NCBI GenBank assembly: GCA_964016885.1
Contig: OZ024741.1
Span: forward strand, 281,790,001-281,854,000
DNA length: 64,000 bases
Direction: 5' to 3'
Origin: Eledone cirrhosa
Taxonomy: Eukaryota
The notes under the pieces are model-generated. The model made no database searches and had not been told where the DNA came from. It saw only the letters and a program-made list of their open reading frames with translations. Below are positions 54,373 through 64,000 of the stretch, piece by piece (position 1 is the stretch's first letter; the number at the start of each line of letters is the position of its first letter). The translations under genes and the position numbers were made by a program.

Positions 54373-54844
54373 ACTTTCACGGGATATCTTCCTTTCAGAC
54401 AAAACAATAAATAAAAAACTAAATTATCTACATTTACATACAAATTTTCATGTCTTTGAAGTTTATAGTTGGTTCCAAGCAATAATGTACCTGTTTAGTA
54501 AGATTACTATCTTCAGTAACTCATTGTAAAAATCTCAGAATAGCAAACCTTTAGGGGTTTAAAACAGTACAGGAAAAATTACTCAAAATAAACAGCAGCT
54601 CTAATCCTTACAACAATGTTTTAATTAGCAATAATGCCATAATCCATAATGTGGTTCAATTGTATCAGAATATTTCAACAGTGAAAAGCAAATATATGGC
54701 TTCTTTGTATTTTGTTTTTATTCACTAAATGATGTTATAATATTCTGATACATAAACAGGTTTTAAACAGCTAAGATCTCGCATACTCTACCCTATAGAG
54801 GGGGAGAAAAGGGAAAGAGCTCTTAACACCTGATAGAATTATAA

Positions 54845-55335
54845 AGGTGCCATCCTGACATGGGGCATGGTGTCTCGGGCATTTCAAACCTGGCAGATCC
54901 CTTCCCTAGGTCTTAACACAGCCAATTTCTTCCCGAGAGACTGAAAGAAAATGACAGATTTAAAAAAAAAAAATAAAAAAATAAAAAAAAATAAAAAATA
55001 AAAAAATAAATCAACCTCCAGTACTTGACTGGTATTTTATCAACTTCAAAAGAACGAATGGCAAAGTTGACCTCGGCAAAATTTGGACTCAGAGCACAGA
55101 GAGCAGAAACAAATACAGTGAAATTCCGTTATAATAAAATTCACGGGGTATAAAAAGAGACTTTTTGTAACAAAAAATTCTTTATAACAAGATTGACCGA
55201 AACAAATCAAATGTTTGTTTGTTATTACCTTGGGGATTGAAAAAAAATTCATTATACTAAAAAATGTTATAATAGTATTCGTTATAATGGAATTTTACCT
55301 GTACTGACATTCTAAAAACTGCAATTTACCACCTA
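54845..55335 (-). mobile_element. SINE with long 3' extension, interrupted by a Tc1/mariner MITE
   Basis: Core gaatggcaaagttgacctcggc. The SINE resumes after 55303. Confidence 0.7.
55116..55301. mobile_element. Tigger/pogo-like MITE with TA TSD
   Basis: ta|CAGTGAAATTCCGTTATAA ... TTATAATGGAATTTTACCTG|ta. Confidence 0.8.
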
Positions 55336-55676
55336 ATGTAGAGATGACTGAAACTAAATGTATGATGTCTCTTCTCACTAACTTTTCCACCTTACTACAG
55401 TGGCCTCTCCTCATTGATGCTGGCTGGTCTTATTCCACCTCCACTCAAGCACACTCATTTCTCCTCCTCCTCCTCCTCATAATATTGAGTCCACCATCAC
55501 CATCCCTGAGCCCCATACTAACTATTACACCTTGTTTATCTTCCTCACATTTCCTCTGAAATTATATCCCAGTGCAAATATTTCCTGCAGCCATCAACTT
55601 TAAGAGGATTGTTAATTTGATTTCACTAGTCATGGTGGATCTGTAGAGCCCTTGAGCCCAATCCCTTCATCTGCGC

Positions 55677-55828
55677 CAGTCATGGGCAAACTGCAACCCA
55701 TAAGCTGCATGCCACCCATTTCGCTTTCTGAATGGCACACCTAATTTCAAAATTGTTTTGAATTAACTGGTGTGGCCACTCTTATGCTGAGCCACATCCT
55801 ATCTTCAAAAAAGGGTTGCCCATACCTG
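55677..55828. mobile_element. hAT-like MITE
   Basis: TIR CAGTCATGGGCAAAC / GGTTGCCCATACCTG. TSD degraded. Confidence 0.65.
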
Positions 55829-55904
55829 CTCTAGGCTAATTCAATAGAAAAAAAGTTACCAATGTGAGAAAATCTGTGTGTGTGTGTGGGGGGGGGGGAT
55901 AAAT

Positions 55905-56092
55905 AACTGTTTCTACTTTAGGCACAAGACCAGCAATTACCCAGTGCATTACTGGTACTTTATTTTATCGACCCGGTAAGGATGAAAGGCAAAGTCAACC
56001 TCGGCGGGATTTGAACTCAGATCATAAAGGGACGTAACTATGCTGGAAAGCATGGCGTCCAACCCTCTACCGATACTGCCAATCCACCGCCC
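55905..56092 (-). mobile_element. SINE (short subfamily), young
   Basis: Close to 1702-1882 and 11313-11500. Confidence 0.88.
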
Positions 56093-56159
56093 TTGTAGGA
56101 GATAAATAACATTGATTTCAGTGCAGAAGTAAATGGTAAAGTAGAAAATCAAACTTTCC

Positions 56160-56770
56160 AGTTGTCTTCCTGTTTCTTCTACAACAACTACAACGGTACG
56201 CAATGGGGGCCACCCACAGCCCCAGTGGAGAGAATGGAGAAGGCGTTTCCCCGGAGGACGGCACTGGAAAAGCCACTCCAACTCGCGGGGCTCACACCTG
56301 CGGCTGGCCAGCTCAACACCTATGGTGGTGAGTAACGAGGTAGCCCTGGGGCCAAGGACACCAGAAGTCTCCACTGCCAGGGGTACGACCGCAAACCTTT
56401 CGGAGAGCGACCGGTATTTGAGGAGTTTGGCCCCCCTCAGCCCGACGTTCAGCAGAACCTGGGTCAGTCACTGACTACACCAGGTTGCGGCTGCAGAAAG
56501 TGTCGGTGCAAGTGGCATCCCAGACGAGGGGTTTGCCACCACGGAACGGGAAGATGGTCACGCCATCTGGCCTTTTGCCGTCCCCTCAATCCAGCCCCAC
56601 CGGCTCGAGCTGGGAAGCCTGCAGTGTCCAAGCCAAACTTAATGACCTCGTTGAGGGCAGCATGGCGTGGAATGCGGCTGGCACTGTGGCGTCAGGAAAG
56701 CGGGTGGAGGCCAAAAGAGTCCACGGTGGAACCACAGTGACATTGGTGTGGCTGGCAGATCCGGAGGCCG
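56160..56770 (-). mobile_element. CRE-like non-LTR retrotransposon 3' part (restriction-like endonuclease domain)
   Basis: Minus strand reads [70 protein letters not shown]..EWLFQ. This is the RH/RPD..D..E pattern of CRE-clade elements. Confidence 0.85.
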
Positions 56771-57318
56771 AGCCTCAGTGTCAACTCATTACCTTCAATT
56801 AACTCTTAACATCCTGTAATAATTCAGCAGTAACTATCTAAAAACAGGTTTGTTAATTCAAATGTTTATATCTTTACTAGTAGGCAGATTGTGAAAATTT
56901 GCAGTAAACTAAAGACAAATTTTTAATGTGATGCAATCAGTGCCTTGTGCTTTTCAAAAGTAGCTTGCTACTTTGGTTCCATGTGGCTTGTTAACTCAAA
57001 TGTTTACAGTGTCAAGTGGACAGATTGGGGATGTAGTGGTGTGATCAATATGGTGGGGGCCCAATAGAGATAGGTAGGGGGCAGGGGTAACTGCTTAGTG
57101 AACGGGGAGGGGTCATGGTGGAAAAAATAGGTATGGGGATAGTGAGGAGGTAAGGCGTGATCAAGTGGTAGAGAGAGTAGTTACTAGTGCGCAATGGTTA
57201 GTTACTAGGGCGCAATGGTGAGCATATCTTAGGTCTTTAGAGGGGAGTAGTAGTTAAGGTGTGGTTCTGGAGGGGGCACAGGTGGTGGGTGCAGTCATGG
57301 TGAGGATAGATGATGGGG

Positions 57319-57322
<4 letters not shown>

Positions 57323-57374
<52 letters not shown>
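57323..57374. repeat. (TA)n microsatellite
   Basis: Direct reading. Confidence 0.95.
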
Positions 57375-57377
<3 letters not shown>

Positions 57378-57669
57378 AGCATAGAAAAGTTGATGTAAAA
57401 ATCTAAAAAAAAAAAAAAACAATGGTTGTGTACCAACTGTAAGATTCACACATTGTTAACAAAAGCAGTATCTTGGCTGATCTAGACAGAGTTGATATGA
57501 AGGTGTTGGGTGACAGAACCTAATAAAATTACACGAATGTATGAATGGAACAAAATATTGATTTCTAACTTTGGAACAAGGTTACCAATCTGGTGGAAGA
57601 ATATAATCATTTTAATTAACCCCAATAGTTGATTGGTACTTTAGATGTGTGTATCCTGGATTTTAGAAT

Positions 57670-57982
57670 GCATACTTGGTCCTGTAACTCCTGATGGGAG
57701 TTGTAGGGGAGCAAATAATGGCGTTTCTAGGGCATTTTAAGCCTGGCAGAGCCCATCCCTCTCCAGGTCTGAATAAATCAGATTTATTCCAGAGAAGGAT
57801 AGAGAGTGAGAGAAAGGAAGAGAGTGAGAGAAAGGAAGAAATAGAGAGGAAGAATCAACCCCAATACTTACCTGCTACTTTTTTATTGACCTCGGCAGGA
57901 TTCTAATTCATAGAGAAGGAAGCCGGAACGAATACTGCAAAATATTCTATCCAACATTCTAATGACTGCCATTTTGCCACCA
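57670..57982 (-). mobile_element. SINE with long 3' extension
   Basis: gcctggcagagcccatccctctccaggtctgaata; ttgacctcggcagga. Confidence 0.75.
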
Positions 57983-58478
57983 TAGTCCCCGTGTCACAAT
58001 AGGTGACTAAAGGGGTTGCTAACAAGAAATGCATTCAGCTGTAAAATATTGCCTCAAAACACCTTGTCCAACCAATACCAGAATGGAAAAGTGGATGTAA
58101 AAAATGACAACTACTTAGATAGTATATCACTCAACTTGAGAATCTAAAGGGAGATAAAATAACTATGACAAGATATTTAGTCTGGTGGTACTCACTGATT
58201 TTGCCTTTTGCCACTCTAAAAAGAGTATGAAATATATAATAATTTCTTTCAGACCGATAACTTCTTTAAAAGTCAGTGCAATGCAGTAGAAAATACGAAG
58301 GGCCAATTATGGTAGATAAAACAAAACAAAGTGAAGTTATGTTTAACCCAGTGTATTATGGCATGATATTTCAGGGCTATTACCCTTTTCAGATGTGGAA
58401 CTGAAACAGTCCAAAATAAAACAAATGAACATAGGACCAGTTGCAGAATAAAGCTCAAATTGTTCATTTGTTTTATCT

Positions 58479-59527
<1,049 letters not shown>

Positions 59528-59571
59528 TGTTAACAGTTTTTCTGTGTTTTTAAATAGTAAAAATGACAATA

Positions 59572-60361
59572 AATTCTATAAAATGCACACAATGCAGATC
59601 CTGGGTACACAAGAGATGTAGCGAGATAGCAGGCAAACTAACAGGTAGGGAGAAATATGTATGCAGTAGATGTACAGGGAAATTAGACAGTAGAAGTCGC
59701 ATTGATAGACACATTTTTCAAATGCAGGCGGGTGTTATAGAAGTGGTGGATAGCTTCCAGTACCTAGGAGATCAGATTAGCATGGGAGGGTATGTTCTAA
59801 AGGCCATAGTATCTAGAATAAGGACGGGTTGGAAGAAGTTTAGGGAGCTGCTTCCTCTGCTGACGAAGAAGGGTTTATCCCTGCATACGAAAGGCCAGTT
59901 ATATGATGCATGTGTGACGAGCGCGATGCTGCATGTTGGTGGAACATGGGCGGCGACTGCGGGGAATGTGCGACAGCTGGAGAGAAATGGGGCGAGTGTG
60001 CTCCGTTGGATGTGCAATGTCAATGTGCGTGAACGACTCAGCATGAATGTGATGAGAGAGAAACTGTCTGAGAGGGATAGAATGTAGTGTACGGGAGAGG
60101 AGACTGAGGTGGTATGGACATGTGATGCGCATGGAGGATGACCAATGGGTGAAGAAGTGCCAGGAAATGCCAGTTGAGGGAAGACGTGGTAGAAGTAGAC
60201 CACGGGGGGGCATGGGCGGGAGTGGCGAGAACAGACCTCAGATCGCTGAAGCTCACGGTGGAGATAAAGGACTGTGACAAGTGGAGAGATGCTGTGCTGA
60301 ATAAGACCCGTCCCACCCTTGCAAGCAGGGAAGAGCAGACGTAAAATGATGATGATGATGA
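59572..60361 (+). mobile_element. 5'-truncated RTE LINE (second subfamily), G-enriched
   Basis: [51 protein letters not shown]; (GAT)5 tail. Confidence 0.93.
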
Positions 60362-61057
60362 CAAACTAGTTGATTCAGTTAAGCTAATCTTGGTACTTAT
60401 TTTATAGATGGATAAAGCTTCATTGGTTTCAACGAATGTTCCAGGTGAATGGAACAACCTACTCATGAAATTAACATGTTAGTGGCTGAGTATTCTACAC
60501 ACACGAGTACCATCATCATCGTAATCATCATTTAACGTCTGCTTTCCCTGCTACCTAGGATTGGATAGGTCTACACAGACCCAGTCAGTAGTGAAGCGGG
60601 GCCACTGACATCCAAAACAGGCCACTTACATAGGGTTATTATCAAGTCTTTTGAAACAAACTGAAAGGTCTGCCAAACCCTTTATATGCTAATGACCTAG
60701 TCCTTGTAGCTGAATCCGTATCCTTCACATAATTCTCAAGGAAATTTAGTGTGACACAGTGTGTAACAAGGCTGGTCCTTTGAATTAGAGGGACAGCCAA
60801 TCTGAAAGGCTTCCAAACAGTTTACCCAATTTCACTCATAAGACATGTGTCAATCTGAGACTATGGTAAATGACACATTCCTAAGTGGGATGGAAACTAG
60901 GACCTGGTGTTGCAAAGTAAACTTCTCAAATTTTCAGCCATGCTATGATTTAATAAAAGGAAAGTCAGTACGAGTGAGATTTGATCTTGAAGGGAGATAA
61001 TTACATTTAAGCAGGCACACCACCAGCTTTAAAATACTAATCACTACAACAATTAAC

Positions 61058-61276
61058 CCTTTAGCAGTTAAGCCAGCAATATCCGGCCGGAATTCTCTCA
61101 CCATTTTTGTACAAACCAGCCATAGCCAGCCACTCATACTGATGTTAAGGTAGGGTTCGCAAAATAAATAATATCAAAATCTCATAGATTTGATATTATG
61201 TGAAATAATTATGTAAGATAAAGCCTTTAACATGAAAATATATTAGTAAATATAGAGTAATGTAAATGCTAAAGGG
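61058..61276. mobile_element. TTAA MITE family C, complete
   Basis: ttaa|CCCTTTAGCA ... TGCTAAAGGG|ttaa. Confidence 0.82.
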
Positions 61277-61354
61277 TTAAGAAAATTATTTCTGAATCAA
61301 CCATAATAACACGCCATGTATTATAGTATATTCATTGACATACACATATATATA

Positions 61355-62655
61355 CAGGGTGTGGACGATATTTGTTCGCAAGATTTACTGTCTAGGAAAA
61401 AATAACAGTAGTTTTATTTTTTAAGATATATTTATCAAACTTGGGTCAGTTTGTCTTCATGACTTGGTCTTTCGATCTCACTCGATAAACCCACCATTGG
61501 CTTTGATGACGGCCTCAAGGCGGCCTCGGAACCGGCTACAGGCTTTCGTCACTGTCCCCCGACTTAGGCCCCTAAAAGCACTCGTGATCCTGGCCTTCAG
61601 ATCATCTTTCGTATTGCAGCTAGATCTGTTAGTGTCTCGTTCCACTGCGCCCCACACAAATAAGTCGAGGGGATTGCAGTCAGGCGAGCTGGGAGACCAG
61701 ATGTCAGGTGAAGTGTTGTTGACGAAGTTCTGACGGCCAGGCTTGGGTCTTTCGGCTGGTATGGCAGGGCGCTGAGTCTTGCTGCCATACGTACAGCCTA
61801 TCTGCAGCTACCTGGTCGATCCAGGGCTTTACTACCTCAATTCAGAACACGGATGTAGCCATTGGTGTTCAGCTTGAGGCCCGCGGGGGAAGAAGTGAGG
61901 TGGAATGACGTCACCTTGACTGCTGACGACACCTAAGCCCAATGTTGTCGCTGGAAACTGTCTGCATGACACTGGGCACGTCTTTGGATGAGACAGCGAG
62001 CCACCTGTTGTTCTGGGAGTTGATCCTCTGGTCTTGGCAGAAGTTTTTCTCGTCAGAGAAAAACCACAGCATGTCTGGCTCCAGTGGGTGTTTCAACTTG
62101 TTGATCAGCTTCTTTGCGTGCTTCAGTCGCTTTTCTTGCATCGCCTTTGACAGAAATTGTCCTTTCCTATCTTGTATGAAACATAGCGAATGTCTTCATG
62201 TACCACCAGCCTAATGAGTTTTCTTCCACGCCTTTCTCCCTTGCAATGGCACGCATCGACTTGCTAGGTTCTTTGTTGATATCCTGAACTTCAGCGACGA
62301 ACTCGGGCGTTCTGAAGGCGTCAGATCGTCGATCATGTGTTTTCCTCTCTGATGTTGCTTCGTAGTCGAATCCTGAATCTTCCAATTCCTTTTTGACCTT
62401 TTCCACCGTTCTCCTGCTGATGCTGAGAAAGTCTGAAATTTCCCTTATTTGTCCTCCCGGCGCGGATTCCAAGAAGAACTCCGTGTCTCTTCCACAAATT
62501 TGGAGGTTCAAAATTATTCATAATCAATTATTCTTAAAATAAATAATGGAAATATAGTCACTGTTTTTATGAAGACAAGAGTGACAACGGAAGTAAAAAA
62601 AATTTGCATAAAATTTTGCAGTTGAAAATTGCAAACAAATATCGTCCACACCCTG
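61355..62655 (-). mobile_element. Tc1/mariner DD37D (maT) transposon, full length (1301 bp), frameshifted transposase
   Basis: ta|CAGGGTGTGGACGATATTTGTTCGCAA ... TTGCAAACAAATATCGTCCACACCCTG|ta. Motifs FSDEKNF, QQDSAPCH, WSPSSPDCNPLD. 37 residues lie between the 2nd and 3rd D when both copies are combined. Confidence 0.95.
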
Positions 62656-63634
62656 TATATATATATATATATATATATATATGCAAGCAAAAAGTAAACA
62701 TAACAAAGCAAGCAACACAGTACAATGAAGAAATATATTAGTTTAATGCTTGATATGCATGTGTATATCACAGAGTTTGCAAAAAATGTAAACACACTTC
62801 AGAAAAATAAAAACTTGGATAAATATTAAATTTGTTTAAATATATATACACACACACTTACAAAAGATGAATCCATATTGAAATATCTTGATGCAAGAAA
62901 TGTACTGTTGAATAATTGAATATATATATATCTTTTCCTAAAGTGTGTATACATTTTATTGGAAGACTATATGTATGTTTATTTATATATATATACTACA
63001 TAAAACACATGGCAAACTGGCATATGCCTTCCTAGATACTTGGAGTTATTGATGCATTATCAGCAATTGGAAAGTATATATGTTGTCTGCAAGCTCTTTA
63101 AATTTTACATTTACATATACACATTGCATTTCCCGTCATGCTGCTACAATAAATTTTCTTTCCAATCACAAGGTCCTGTAAATAATCATTTCTCCAAAGT
63201 TACTCAGACATTTAATCCTATATGTCATTTATACATATATACTAAACATTTAACTAATCATATCCTAGAAAATATTAAAATGTCATTTTTATCTTTAATC
63301 ACTTCCATGTGTCAGTAATCAACATAAACTATACAGTTTATCTTATGCAAACCATTAATTTACCAAAATCCAAAATTCTCAATTTGTATAATTATTCATA
63401 TATCTGGTATATATGACATACCAATCCTGGGCTCCAAAAACGGAATATTTTCAACACTATTGCTCTCATTATTGATGGTACTGGTCCACTGAATAAGATA
63501 TAAATTCCTTAGGCAAGTGAGAGACAAAGCTATATACACAGCACAATACTGGTTTTAAAATGTGAACTCACAACCAGGTAGCTAGGAACCACTCAGTTAC
63601 AAAATCTCACTATAATAATATCTTAATTTCACAA

Positions 63635-63815
63635 AAGGCATTTAAACCAGCCATATCTGGCCAGAATTCACACCTCTTTCTGTTCAAACCGGTTGTGACC
63701 AACCACTCATACTAATGTTAAGGTATTGTTCTCAAAATCCAAGATACAATATTATGTGAGGTAAAGCATTTACCATGAACATATAGTATATATAATGTAA
63801 ATGCTAAAGTGTTAA
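63635..63815. mobile_element. TTAA MITE family C, degraded
   Basis: gccatatctggccagaattc..cactcatactaatgttaagg..tgtaaatgctaaagtgttaa. Confidence 0.65.
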
Positions 63816-64000
63816 TATTTATAGGAGAGGAGAAATGAGATTGCATCATGTTCATTCCTTTCTCAAGAAGTAAAGTAGGGACTCAGGTCATCAACAATGT
63901 ACCTCAGTTCTGCTCAGAACTATACTGGTTTTCATATATGCTTCAAACTTTGATTTAATCACAAATGCTTCAAAACCTAAAATGACAATGAAAGTGCATG

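Noticed and set aside
53923-54482. His/Ser/Leu/Thr or Arg/Glu-rich ORFs
   Set aside because: Translations of the (GA)n/(GAGTGC)n microsatellite.

Overview
This is AT-rich, repeat-dense eukaryotic DNA, most likely intronic or intergenic. The repeat repertoire (RTE LINEs with (GAT)n tails, tRNA-derived SINEs, many TTAA-flanked MITEs) resembles a cephalopod/Octopus genome; this is an inference, not shown. No host protein-coding gene could be supported. The window holds four substantial 5'-truncated RTE LINEs (one with an unbroken ~600-codon RT ORF), two decayed DD37D (maT) Tc1/mariner transposons, about six 3' fragments of a CRE-like restriction-endonuclease retrotransposon, a Penelope GIY-YIG relic, about 25 SINEs, hAT/Tc1-mariner/TTAA MITEs, and many micro- and minisatellites. 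Two signals stand out. (1) A recurrent fold-back architecture: near-identical inverted duplications of local DNA sit at non-LTR retrotransposon 5' junctions (2497-5766, 17209-17762, 58479-59424). Two are centred on TA-rich repeats, one has a piece of the adjacent RTE captured in its loop, and there are several miniature fold-backs. (2) The RTE next to the third fold-back appears to carry clustered sense-strand A-to-G changes, compatible with reverse transcription of an A-to-I hyper-edited RNA. All alignments were done by eye, and coordinates of decayed repeats are approximate.
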